Positions 34,593 to 47,616 of a stretch of DNA of 61,335 nucleotides are shown piece by piece. The stretch spans positions 1-61,335 of the forward strand of contig JABANN010000150.1 in NCBI GenBank assembly GCA_013115125.1. Reading direction: 5' to 3'. Within the stretch, counting starts at the first letter, position 1; each line of letters starts with the position of its first letter. Source of the stretch: Perkinsus olseni. Its lineage: Eukaryota. The notes below the pieces were generated by a model that searched no databases, was not told where the DNA came from, and saw only the letters and a list, made by a program, of their open reading frames with translations. The translations under genes and the position numbers were made by a program.

Positions 34593-36241
34593 ATGGCTTT
34601 ACATGAATTTAAGAGAAGCAAACGTAATATTTTCTGAGCCCCATCGAGCGCATCAGTCGATCCATCATTGGTCGTGAATTAGCATTACAAGGGGGCATCT
34701 CGCAGGTGGCGTCCTTGTGAATCAGATTCTGTATCATTTGCTGGTACTAAGATCGCTGGCGGGGGAGTGTCTGCGCCGGAGGAATCACGAGCTGAGTCCA
34801 GTGCAGAGGATATATCAGAGGAAGAGGTAGTGCTTACAGTAGTACTCAGCAGTGGGGGGACATTTCCTTAGCAGGGCTGCAGTCCACAGGCGAGAGTAGA
34901 AGCCGCAGCACGCCGGTATAACCGTGGTGAGACACTACCTGTGATGCAGATGAATAATGATGTAGGGCAGCAGCAGCGGGGATAGGTTATCATAGTCTGC
35001 TGGTACTCAGCCGTCAGAGACCCTCCACAGAGCACTCGAATCAGCCCAGAGATCAGCAGGGACTTCTTCTAGTGGCAGTAGACAGAAGTCATATGATGTG
35101 CATGGCTCATCGCCTGCCCAGGAAGCTGATGGTGATACTCGCAATGACTGTGGTCTAGTGGTATGATCCTTGCTCTTCACTTCGAGAGATCCCACGTTCG
35201 ATCCTCGGCCCGGCGGTCGGCGCCATCATGTCAGTTGTCTTCAGTCCCGCCCCTGAAGCGTCGTCTGTTCGAGAGCCTACGTATACTTTGTATTGATATC
35301 GGAGGGACACGGACCAAGTTCATGTATCAGCATGGTAGTGGTCACCGTTGTTTGATTGTCATGCTGCTGGTCTAGTTATGATGATGTAGTTAACAAGAGA
35401 GTCCTCCTTCCTGCCGCCGAGAGCGCTACTCTATGGGACAAGCCCAACCGTCTTGAAAGCCTGAGAAAGAGATTGGCTTCACACTTGGTGGGTGCAGCAG
35501 CAGTCGCTCCTAGGCGTGCAGATAGGAAGTTACCTTAGATTGGTTCAACATGCGATGAAGATGTGGACTCGACAGATGGGCCCGAGGAGGATGAGCCGGG
35601 CATGCCTCCGAGCCCTTACGTTAGACAGAAGCAGTTACCAGTTGCGATGCACCAGATTGATAGGGTTGTCTTCTCGGTAGGAGCTTAATGCCAACATCAA
35701 CATAATCATCAGCAGGACTAGCTCATCGTAGGTACCTGGCACGGTTGAATTAACAACAGACCTTGATAAGGAGGATATGTGTACTGTCAAGAACATGCCC
35801 AGCTTATCGCCCTTGTTTAGAGGGTACTACTCTATGCTCCTCCTCCTCCTCCTCCTCCTCCTCGTCGTCGTAGCCTCTCTTAGCTATCTTCGCCTCGCCT
35901 CAGGTTCAACTTCAAGAGTGCCTTCTCGGTCCTCTTCCCCTGCGCTAAGATCTATGCTGTTGCGGATAACCTGGCGGCGGCGATGGGGGTAGCCTGCATG
36001 CCATCATGCAGGAACCTCAGTGCAGGACTAGTAGTGGTACTTGGCACAGCTCCAGTAGGGTCGAGGGTGGATAGCGAGGTTCCATCGTAATAGTGGTGTA
36101 CATGCAGGCTGCTGCCACCTTCTACCGGCCACCGTCTCATGGCGTGCATCATAGACATGCTCTTAGTGCCAAGACAATTGAACTGGCAATGTGGCAGAGT
36201 TGGATATGGTTCACGAAGATGCCCCTTAATGATCCATATGG

Positions 36242-36273
<32 letters not shown>

Positions 36274-37135
36274 CCTGAGTCATGGGAGAAGAGGTAGAGG
36301 TGTGAGCAGATATTGCGGAGGGTTGAAGGTCAGTGAGGATGGTAAAATCATCCAATTGAAAGACCAGAATCAGTAGGACGCTCATAACGCCGCCGTTGTT
36401 CGACAGTGTCCTAATGGGTGTTAGATGCAAGATACCCCATCATCAAGCTAGGATACGCTTTGCATTGGACACCTTGACATGGAAGAGGCTTCGAGGGAAG
36501 CATCCCGATCTTCCGAAGGAGGTGATAAACCCACAACCGCCGCCGCAACCTGGGCTAGGGTGTAGGGTCTTCCTCGCTCTCTTCAGATGCAGGGCAATCT
36601 CTCAGAGGCAGAGGCGACTAAGGTGTGGTGCTCTCGAGTCCAGAGCATGGTCAATGTCATGGCTCAAAGATTCCATGGTGTTTATGGTCCACCGGATACA
36701 GTGGTAGTAATAGCGGCAGGAATGGGCGCCGAGGTGAGTACCCTTACTGGACAGGTCCTGCTCGGGGGGAATGCTCTACGATGCCGTGGGCAAGTGACAG
36801 AGGCTGAGTACTTTGATCCGGACTGTTCCAGTGAGTCGTTGCTCACAATAGTCGTCGTCAGCAGCAGCATGATAGAGTATAATACCTCAGGATCCATACC
36901 AGTGAAGGTACCGGTGATGATACCAGACTCGGATAGCGAGCAGCAACTACTACACATGTCCGGTCTAGCACAGGCATCAGCCTACCGTATACAGCAGGTA
37001 GTAGCCGCAGCAGGCTTTTCACTAGGGCGAGGCATTATCATACAGGTACACGCACCCGGACCAGATCCATTGGCTCGAGGTTGGACCCGAGGAGGTGAGA
37101 TATACCTATGGCAGAGGAGGCCAGAGATACTATGA
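34593..37135 (+). CDS. ROK-like sugar kinase of the ASKHA fold with a low-complexity N-terminus (multi-exon; start uncertain)
   Basis: ILCIDIGGTRTKF (DIGGT at 35295), spliced VVFSVPGTV, AVADNLAAAMG (DN at 35965), GLVVVLGT and VLLGGN follow ROK motif order. Confidence 0.65.
35837..35863 (+). repeat. (CTC)9 intronic microsatellite
   Basis: Directly visible. Confidence 0.9.
36242..36273 (+). repeat. (GTA)10 microsatellite starting at an apparent intron donor
   Basis: Directly visible. Confidence 0.9.
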
Positions 37136-37532
37136 GTAATAGTGAAGTATTATCACTTGAAAGGCCTTACATCACAGCCTTGCTCTCTATCATAGTGATC
37201 TCTACTACTACCTCTGTCCTCCGAGGGATAATTATCATTACTATATAAGCCTCCTCACCATCATCCCACCATTAGCTATAACCCTCTACTGCCCTAACAT
37301 CATACTCCAACCTGCGGTCCACGCTGGGATCCCTGGGATGATGATAATGCTCTCCCTTCTCCCTATGGATTGATATCACCACTATAGCTGTTCTTGTGAT
37401 TGTCTCTTTGTGCATTGCCTTCTCACTAGTGCTCATAGTAACCTTATTCCTGCGATTTCACTTGACACCACTCAAGTTGAGTTCCTCACAGACGCTAGTG
37501 CTACCCTCACGCCGGTGCTGCTGCTGTTGTAC

Positions 37533-40008
37533 ATGACCGAGTCGTCTCTATTGAAGAGGCTTGAAGAGGTCACATCCCGGCTGGAGGACCTCTATAACAA
37601 GGGGGCTGCAGCTGATAGAGCTGGGGGATGCTCATCATCACACCGAGGGTAGGAGGGAATGTATCCTCGCTCGGTCGGCAGCGACAGCTTAGAGAAGTTC
37701 GCATCCAAGTGAGCAGCTCAATGTTCCACCCCTCAGTGGACAGTGTTGTTGTTGGTTTACTTTCCACCCTGTCCTGAAGCATCATCGCACTGCCTCACGT
37801 GTCTTGTATCTGCCCTGTTGCCCATTGCTTCAGTTCCTCCACAGCAGAGCTGCCCGATTTCGTAGCTGCATTCGATGCTAAGATGACTCCCTCTCTAGAC
37901 GAGGTTATGGGGAAGGCTCAGAGCATTGAGGAAGGTGTTGTGATATCCGCTACTCAGTGCTATTGTAAATGTGTGAAGATGATGAGGAATGTAGTACGGG
38001 AATAGTCCGCGCATTGGGTGGAAAACTCTCCATGCAGTTGCTGTTACTGACCACAATAGCCAAGAAGCCAGGCGATGGTGACTGGCAAGTGGTACTAGCA
38101 CCGCTGATGGAGCTATCGAAGGAGGTTGGAAAGCTGCTGGACTCTGGTCAAGCCGATTTGACCCCGCTCGTGAAGGGCACGGCAGAGGCGATGAACTTGG
38201 TGAGGGCAATATCTACTTCGTGACACACGAGCGTGACTTCGAGTACTGATACTTCGAGTCAGGTTATGATATTCGTTACGCCTGGTAACCCCAAGGATGT
38301 TGTCGTTAACTGCTTGGAAAGTGCCGACTACTACTTTATGCAGGTGGCCTCTTGCTGCTGATACCAACACTTTCAGGGGCGAAGCTGACGTGCAGGTGCT
38401 GAGGCGCAAGATTGCCGCCGAGTCTGCTTGGGTGAAGGCGATGAAGGCCAGCCTCACTGCACTCCGAGAGTTCTTCTCCGCTGACGATAGGTTTAAGATG
38501 GGTATCATGTGGAAAGTGAAGGATGGGGTCGACCCTAAGGAGTGAGGGCGTGCATGCTACCTGCCCGTGTATCACTAGTTATGATAGGTTCCTTGCTAAG
38601 CATGCCCTGTTGGCAACGCCGTGGCCAGCCGGTATAGCCTCCTTCTCTGCTCCCCCGCCACCGCCACCCCCAGCGAAGGGTCATGCCCCGCCGCCCCCAC
38701 CTAGTAGGCGCCTCTTCATTTACTCACCTCGCTCTAGTGTTATCCAGGTGCGAAGGGTAAGGCCCCACCACCTCCTCCTCCGCCCGCGGCCGGCTCTCGT
38801 CCATCCCCACCCCCTCCTACTAGTGCCGGTCAAGCCCCGGGCGGTATGGCTGCTGTAGGTTGGGGGTTTCTCTCGGCCATGCTATTGCTGTCGTGTAAGG
38901 TATTCGCTGACATCCGCAAGATGGGGTCTGAGGGTAACAAGGGTTTAAAGCATGTGACTGCCGAGATGAAGACTAAGAATAACAAGGGCCACGTGTCGGA
39001 CAAATACCGTAAGTCAAGGAGAACGGCGTGACCTGTGTGATGTAGATGGAGGTATAGTTGTCTGAAAGAGAGGGGCACAAAGACTTTCTCTGGGGTGTAG
39101 GTAGATGCTGTGAGCACTCAGTTACGGCTATCAACGGCAACGGTAGTCACACGCAGACTGAGGGTGGAGTCCAGGCCTGCCCCAAGAAGCCACGCTGCGA
39201 GGTACTCTCTTCTACCCTCGCGAAGGACAGTCCGAGCGAGCTGCATATTCATAGCAGGTATTGAGGGATAACTGGATAGTGGAGAACTACATGAACCATC
39301 CGGGAGTGCTGGAGCTACCCGATGTCACTATGAAGCAGCTAGTTTATATATCTAATTCAACCAATACCACCATTCAGATACCTACTAAGGTGAACTGCTT
39401 CGGATGCCATCCTCTGCCGCCCTGAAGGGCTCGTAGACTCTGATCGGTCCTCCTCCTCAGTGTAAATCGGTATGTTTGGACGGGTCCAAGAATGTTCAGC
39501 TCATACTGGAGAGTGTGATATCCTCTGTAGAGCTAGTCAACTGTGAAAGGTGATCTAGGCGTAGCATTCCTTCATGCTTTTCTCATCAACACTCTCCTCA
39601 GTTGCCGTGTCCAGACCATCGGCTGCGTTCCCTGTATCAGCATCGATAAGTGCTCAGGGGTAGTAGTGGTGCTAGTCTTGGTGTCGTCCATCTCGAAGCT
39701 CGTCAATGACCAGGTACAACTGTTCCTATCCAATGCCTCCTTGGACTGCACCATCACTACTAGCAAGAGCTCGGAGATGAACCTCAACATACCAATGTAT
39801 GCCGCCGCCTTTACTATACTAGGATAGCTCCCGTTATCAGATCGGAGGATGGTGACTACAAGGAGATGCCCATACCAGAGCAATTCGTCCATAAGCTGGT
39901 GGGTGTGGAGAAGCAGCCTGCCGAGGCCAAGCTACACAGTACTGTGTCCGACCTGTAAGATGCCGGGAGATTCCTCTTGGAGATCGACATCCGTGTAGGT
40001 ACGCGTAA
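37533..40008 (+). CDS. CAP: Adenylyl cyclase-associated protein (CAP/Srv2), full length (multi-exon)
   Basis: MTESSLLKRLEEVTSRLEDL (RLE repeats); helical domain; polyproline exons; WH2-like GMAAVFADIR..GLKHVTAEMKTKN; CARP repeats WIVENY, SSVELVNC, VPCISIDKC, TTSKSSEMNL, EMPIPEQF. Confidence 0.93.
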
Positions 40009-40202
40009 AGGAGTCGAGGGGAGCAGTCATAATAATATCCATTGTTTAACTCTTATTGCAACTATACCGAATTGATTACCACTCATGCTTCTTTCATAAG
40101 TGCTGAGGATTGCGTAATAGTACTGCACAAGGGACTCCGCGACGGTCAGTGCAACGGATTGGCCCATGACCTAGACGGTTCCGTAGCTTCCCTAAGACTT
40201 GC

Positions 40203-43200
40203 ATGGATCCTTCGACCTCTTCTTCTACTCCTCCTGCTCCTGCCGAGGCCACTGCTGCTGTCCCCACATTGCAACTCAACGCCAAGCGAAAGTGCGCCCT
40301 AGTCGTAGGCTTCAATGGTAATACAGGAACTTCTCTGGGGCTTTCCTTCCCTAAAACACCGGGTAAAGCATTCTCATCGGTCCCAACTCATATGGCCGCC
40401 GCCTCGTAATGGATTACCCAGGAGAGGGTGCAGAGATGACTTTGTCATCAGGCACTAAGTACCGTGGGCTGCAGATGAATGTTGATAACTGTGACCGCAT
40501 TGAGTACGTCGAGTCGGACCTCCTAGCTGCAATGAAGAGGGCTGGTGTAGTGAAGCCTGATGTTGAACGCCTGGAGGAGATCCAGTGGACGAGGAGTAGC
40601 CGTACTGACGCTGGTGTACTACACCTACCAGTGGCCTCTGTAGCGCTGGACGAACGCTGTAGGTATCAGCAGCACGCATCGTGGTGAGCGCCAAGATCCT
40701 GGTACACGAGGCGCCAGACGTGAAAGGGAATCGTCAGGCTGATAGAGTGAATAGGACGTGAGCCCTTTGTTACCTTGTATACAGGGGGAGGGTGATGTGG
40801 CGATACAGGTATCCAGAGATCGTGGAGGCCATCAATAAGGAGCTCCCGAAGGAGATCAGGGTCTTCAACTGCATGAAGATATGTGCTAGCTTTAATGCTC
40901 AGAAATCATGTAGTACTCGTCATCATGCTGCCCCTGGCTAGCATACTGTTATGTTAGAGCGTCTGATGTTATACTCCAGAGCGTCACACTCTTAGGTAAC
41001 TGGCGGCATTACTCCTACTACATGCCGCTGTCTTTAGCTGGTGATGTTGATAAGCTACAGGAGGCATTGGGGCACTTCACTAATGCCCACAACTACCATA
41101 ACTTCACCAACCTCAGTGTTAGAGAGATACGGAGGGCTAAAGAGAGGAAGGCCAAGAAGGCAGCCGCCAAGAAGGATAAGGAATGGCGTGAGTGATAGCC
41201 GTCGGCTGGAGGAGTCCTACGGTCTCGTATTCAGAGGACGGGCCCAAGAAGTCGCCTGAACCGACTAACGGCGATAAGTCGGGGAATGACGAGAAGTCCG
41301 GAGAGCCGACTGTCGTTGAGAGCACTGCTTCCTCGACTGTCGAGGAATCTTCACGTAGAAACGCCCGCCTCTACTTTGTTGTATAACATGCTTTTCTTCA
41401 GGGCCGAAGGCGTCTGACGAACCGCCGCCTAAGAAACCTCGGACAGCAGAGCCCAGCGAGAGTACTGCCCAGGAGAAACAAGAAGCCAGCACCCCTGTCA
41501 AAGAGGCAAGCACACCTACCGCCACCACGCCTGATGACGACGAGGACATGCCCTCCTCTCAACCAGCCGTGGGGGGAACCTACATACCATTCAGTGGTGA
41601 GCCGTGAGCCCATTAGTGGGCCTCTTAACGCGGTGGACAGGTTCCCTGTTACCCCGTTTACAAGTATTGCTCGACCAGTGTAACAGTGCCATACACAGCT
41701 TCACAGCAACTCCATTGGAGATGGACGGTGGAGAGAAATGGGTTAGGGTGGATGTCAGAGGGCAATTCTTCTTGTAAGTCGCAATCGGGGACCGGCCCGC
41801 TGTGTGGCTGCTCTCTACGTGTACTATCAGGTACAATCAGATCAGGCTAATGATAGGCGGGGCCATAGCCTACGCCAGAGGTGTATTCCCGAGTATATCA
41901 TGCATTCAGTTTGCCGTGGATACTAAGTAGGGGGGGGGCAATCCTCGTCGAAGTGCCCTATCATCATGATGGTCAGCTACAAGTTCCACTCACCTCTAGC
42001 CCCTGCCTGCGGACTTATCCTGCACACTAGTGGCTTTACGGGGATGGACACCAGAGCAGGCTATGCTATCATGGAGCATAGTCATCACGATAGCGTAGGA
42101 GCCCCCTGCCTGCTTTACACTAAGTCATTTTAAATGTGCTGCCGCTGATGGTGCTATGTCTTTAGGCCATTGGCGATTCGAAACCACCCAAGGCTGCTGT
42201 TTACGAGTTCCTGTCCGCTGAGCAGCAAGAGGAGGCCGACAAGTTCCTCAGATCTGAGATACTGCCGGAAGTCAGGTATTGTTGAACTGCAGCCCATCAT
42301 CCTGTTGTGGAGGCATCTGTCGGCTACAGGCGCCAATGGCTAGAGTCCAGTGTAGAGAAGGAGTTCGAAGATGAGTGGCTGAACAGTGCAGCTCCGATCA
42401 CAGCGGATGATGTGGCTCTGATGGAGAAGGCTGTGAAGGAAGCACGAGAGGCCGCGAGTAGTGGCTCGGGGCTTCTGTGACTTGGGGAGGGTCTAGGCTC
42501 GGTTCCCATAGGTGGTAATAACCCATGCAAGCATCTCGAGGCTAGAGAGAAGAAGATACAGTCAGTGAAGGATACGATAGAGAAACAGGAAGAGGCTCTA
42601 GCGAAGGATGAGAAACGTCAGAGGAAGGGTCTGGGCCTCAAGCTGCCTGATGCTACTAAGAGGCAGAAGCTCCTTATTGCCGTAGGGAGGGGATACGAGC
42701 ATCGTTGCCACTCCGAGCTCCTTTCAATGGTTGGTTTTTAATTGCGGCTTCTTTCTGTTCTCTTCTCTCAGCTCCTGCCGAACCGAACAGCAAGCGACAT
42801 ATTATGTACTTTCCCACATGAGATCCTCCCCGGCCCTAGGCTCTACAATATCACTCTGCGCCTAGCCTGGTAAGCCCTCGTTATTAACGTTACTACTGCC
42901 TCCGTGGCTATGATCTCACGCTATGATCAATAGGGCCATCGTCTTCGGCGGAGACTACGGCTTATCAGCATCCTCGGGCTTGGATGATATCATGAAGGCA
43001 GTGGCGGAGCAAGGTATCAAGAAGCTAGAGCACGAGGGGAAGGATATCAACGTCATGGCTGGTTACAACAAGAAGGACAAAAAACAACAGCATCACCAGC
43101 ATCCCGACGCTGAGAAGGCTTCTACGGATACTGCTAACGCACCTGGAGGAGAGGTTGAGAACCCTACGACCAAATCAGGGACAAATGACGAGTCACAGCA

Positions 43201-43216
43201 GGCAGTGTCCGTGTAA
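40203..43216 (+). CDS. PUS1: tRNA pseudouridine synthase, TruA/Pus1 family (multi-exon)
   Basis: KRKCALVVGFNG-TKYRGLQ, SSRTDAG-VSAAR (catalytic Asp), INKELPKEIRVF, HNYHNFT, VRGQFFL-YNQIRLMIG, PLAPACGLIL. Confidence 0.88.
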
Positions 43217-43568
43217 CTCCGTCCTTACAATTCACGTCCTATATTTGACCATAACGTTCCTACTGTTTCTGTTCGGTATGGCTTGCGTGAGGTCTTTCTG
43301 GTTATCTTTGTGAGCGCTGTGTCCACGCTAGTACAATGTTACTAGCCGTCGGAGTGCCCGTTAGTAACAGGCTGTTATCATGGTGCAGCATTGGTTTCGC
43401 ATGAAGCGCAGAGTCACTATATAGGTCATGACTTATGTAAGCATAGCAGAACCAACCTGGCTTCCTTCAAACAACCTTTGCATTACTTTTCGGCTGCGTT
43501 TTGACTTTGTGCTCGTTTACTTTGCAAATCTACTGCTCACAGAAGTCCTTTCCCGATTCCGTGAGCAT

Positions 43569-46500
43569 ATGGCATCCGAGGTTGACGTTCGTCTCACATG
43601 CCCTCCTCTCTGCCCTCTCGTGGCCCGTTGGTTCACCCTCTATCCCTTCGCCAATATCCCACCCCGTGACCTCTGCGCTTCAGCTCGTGGCTGTCAGCTG
43701 CCTACGAGAGTGCTGCTGCTGGGATGTGGTGATATGGTCTCTGTGGGGCATACGTTTTTACTCAACCAGACCTGCACCCAGGCAAAGTCCTGGGCATCGA
43801 CTCCCCTTCAGGCTGTCTGCTGTGACACCGAGCCCGCCATCATCGCTCGGGACTTGGTTTACCTCCAACTTCTGATTAACACCTTTGCCGCCGAGCACGA
43901 GGAAGGCTCTTGTCTGCCGCCGAAGGAAGCCTTGGTGGCGTGGGAGGCCGTCTACGGTATGTTCATCACCGAGGAAGTTGCTGATGAGCTCAAGGTGGCC
44001 ATCCGTGATGTTTTCGAGGGTCTACAGGGGGGTCCTTCGGTGTCAGCCCTCGGACAGCACGGCGTGCATCTTGCTGGAGATAGGAAGGCCGTCATCGAGC
44101 TGCTCCATTGGTGGTATGAACTTCTCAATGACAGAGTGTGTGCTGGTAGAGATCTCGTCACCCGCGTGCAGAGGCTGCGACACCTCCTGAAAGACAAAGT
44201 CATGATGGGGCTTGGGTTGCAGGGCAGGAAGATAGGGACACAGCTAGAATCTGCTATCACCATCTTTGGTCTTCACTCCCTGCCAGGGAGTCCCTGGATG
44301 AAGCCGTCCAAGAGTACCGGGATCGTGGGTATGCAGGAGTGTCCAATGTGGGCCAGGGTGCAGCAGCAGCTTTATCACCTCTGGGTAACAGTAAAAGAAC
44401 CGTTGTTAATCCCACCTTCCTTGGCGACGTCGTAGACTTCACAGCCGCATGTAGCCGGTCCTTCGAGGAAGCATCAGCCCAGGATATTGCTAAGGTGTGG
44501 CGTGTAGACTTCACTTCCTGTCCGTACTACGCTATCCCTGGGGAGCTATGGAAGGTCTACGACGATGCCGGTCCCTGTCGTACCCGGTTTGTTGACCGCG
44601 GTGGTGAAAGGCGGTCTCTGTCCCCCACGGAGACCTGCTTCGAGATGTTCTCAATGCGGTCGGAGGCTTTGGTTAAGGCATTGATGACTGGGAAGAATAT
44701 GATCATCTTACACTGTGGTGACGCCTTCCAGCTCTGTGATGCTCTCGCCCCTCAACCCCGTGCCTGGTCAATGGGAAAGGTCGACTCTGTGAGGAGTCTG
44801 ATGACGCAGCTCAAGGATATCGGTGCGCCTACATGCTTCGACATGATAGACACGTCCAACATAGCTGACAACACTGGCGCCTTGCCAATCTTACTCAGTG
44901 CAGCACCTTTATTGGCGTCTAGAGAGGATAACCCTAGGGCTGTGCTGGCCACTGATGTGATGAATGCGGGATGCTCTTCCTATGGCGAGATCCTCAGCAA
45001 CTGCCTGGCAGGAGTACCACTATGGCTGATACCATACACCGTTGGCCTACAGCTTGACGGCCTACGTTCCTACGACTCTCGTGACAGCAGGATTAGGTCT
45101 GACCCGTCTCGAGCTTGGACGGCGTATCCCCGATCGTTCGTAGCCTCTGCGAGTGCAAATGCCAGCGGCATGGCTGGGCTTTGCGTTCGCTGGAGACGCT
45201 GCTACGACAACTTCGATGAGGTGTCTATTGGGGACTCACCGCAGATTGTGAATGCGATCCACAGTGTCCTGGAACGTGCTGCTGCCCCAGGAGGCCGGGC
45301 GTACCCTGTTGGTGTTACGACTGTTGTCCGTCTCCTCGAAGCGCTCTTCAACTCGGGAGCTCTCACACAGAGCTGGAAGAAGGATTGGCAGCTCTTGGTT
45401 TCGGCCGAAGCGACAGCGGCTAATTTGCATCCCTCTATGATTTCACGATACTGCCAAGGCTACCGAGCTCTGACTTGTCTGGCGGGTCTCACCGAGTACA
45501 AGGAAATCCTTGGTGAAGATGGAAGGTTGGTCGAGGCTGTACTAGAGGTGTCCTCTGAGTGGCGAGATCAAGACGGGGTGCTTGGCGAGATAGGCCGCAA
45601 TCGGATGGACTACAGATTCGTCGACGTCGTCTTCTCCTCTGCCGAGGGCGAGAATTCCATCTTCGTCGGTTGTATGTACGACGAGAGAGTGCGTGTTGTT
45701 GTTCCGCAAACTGTTCTCGATATGAAATACGTGTCGGTGGACGTCACTGCAGCGCAAATTGTGGAGGATATTATTTGCCTTCCAGCCACTGTGGTATCCA
45801 GCGAGGTTGTCCCGTCGGCATTCTATACGTCCCCACCAAGGCTGCCGGCATCATCGCCATCGCCATCACTGACCTCCTTCAAGCTCGTTACAAGAGACTG
45901 GCTCCGTAGCGGTGCTGTCCGCTTTATTATACGTTTAACGAGGGAGTCCTCGTTAGAAGCTCTTCGCCGAGGAGCTGAAGTCAAGTGCAGGCTACGAGAT
46001 GGGCACCTGAACGTATTAGATATCACAGCGGATGATGTTTGTATCGCCTCTGCCGTCATGTCTGCCGAAGTCTCCCTCAACGATGTCCATTTGAAAGTAG
46101 CAAGGAAATCTGGTTCCGTTGACGCTATTATTCCGGTCAAGTCCTGCTGTCCTCTCGGTGCTACTACCGCTGCGGCTGCCTTGCCTAGATCGGTCAGTGG
46201 GTGCTCGTCGAGTGCTTCCCTCAACCCTTGCCCACAGCTCCCGGTGAAGACGCTGAGGTCTCTCGCTAGTATGCAATGGGCGGCACTTAGCCTGGAAGTG
46301 CCGATGCTGCCTCAGGGGGTGAGTTCAGTCGGCAGCAAGGGTATGAATCAGATGCGCATGACCCTACGGGAGGTCTTCAAAGACTGCCTGGCTTGCCGTA
46401 GTGAAGGACGGTCGTGGGGAGGTAGAGGCATCGTCACGGTCGGCGAGGAGAACTCCATTGATGTCATTGTCTTCCTCTCCAAGGATGTCAATTTTGACTG

Positions 46501-47089
46501 GACCTATGGCAATACTATTTCCGCTGCCGCCTGCGTGCTCAATCCCTCTTCCTCGGACGAAGTATTGCGCGAGGTCTCGGCAGTACTGGCTAAGACGGGC
46601 TTGCTACACTACCGAGTAGATGAGAATTCCGAGGAGCCGCGCCACTGGACTGAGGAGTACATCCCCGCCGCCGCGACTTTGGCGATCTTATCTATGGGAA
46701 AGGTAAAGGCTTCGACGACTACTCCGTCAAGGAGCTTCTGGACTAACTGGTTGGGTTGGAATAGCCTACCTCTGAGCTCTGAGTGCATGCACCACTTCTT
46801 GCCTGTTATTCTCTTCCCTCTGGGGTCGTCTGACACTACACCAATAATGTCACCTGAAGAACCAGCAATTCCGTCATCTGACGACTTGACCAAATCTACG
46901 GCGGGCGCGCGTTTGAGCACCAGCCAACCTTCTAAGCTCCATCTCGATGGTGAAAGGGGTCACCAATGCGGAAAATGCCAGAGGCCGGGGACCAAGCGTT
47001 GTGCTAGATGTAAAAAGGTCTATTATTGCAGTATTGAGTGTCAGAAGGCAGCATGGCCGATGCATAAGCGGGAGTGCACGGAAGCTTGA
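43569..47089 (+). CDS. DUF4470-like N-terminus plus C-terminal MYND zinc finger, encoded in two overlapping frames
   Basis: YPFANIPPRDL..VLLLGCGD..CCDTEPAIIARD in ORF 43428-44435; FDMIDTSNIAD and CGKC..KRCARCKKVYYCSIECQKAAWPMHKREC in ORF 44339-47089. Confidence 0.8.
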
Positions 47090-47616
47090 GGGGAATTAGT
47101 AAGTTGAATAGCCTTACCGTTTCAGTCATATCTCGTTAGAGCATTGCCGCGTTGTAACGATCTCGTACTATGCTTCAGTCCGCTTCTCACTGCAGCCTTG
47201 TTCAGGTTAACGAAGTTATAACCTCCACTCGGACATCTATGGGGGCCATCGGTGTCCAGGTGGATGAATCCATTCGCTCACGCTACCATTCTATGGTAGC
47301 ACCTTCCTTGGTGGTGAAGGCCAATGAAGTTGATCAATGACCAGAGCTTGCTCTCTGCGATTATTACTTTTTTCATTTCGAATCATCTCTTGATGTGTAA
47401 ATCTGTAATGAGTTCCCTGGTAGAGTTTGAGGTTGCGTTGCAAGTCGATGGGGGGCCTACTGCGGAAGGGGGGGTCTCAGCAATTGAAGTTCCGGACCTT
47501 CGGGGGACGTACGTGTGGGTGCACGGCAACTTGATTGAGGCTCTCGTCAGTACCGTGCGCAGACCGTGCCGTGTGGCAGCTCATTTTTGTAATACGGCTT
47601 CTGTTCTCTTGCCGTC

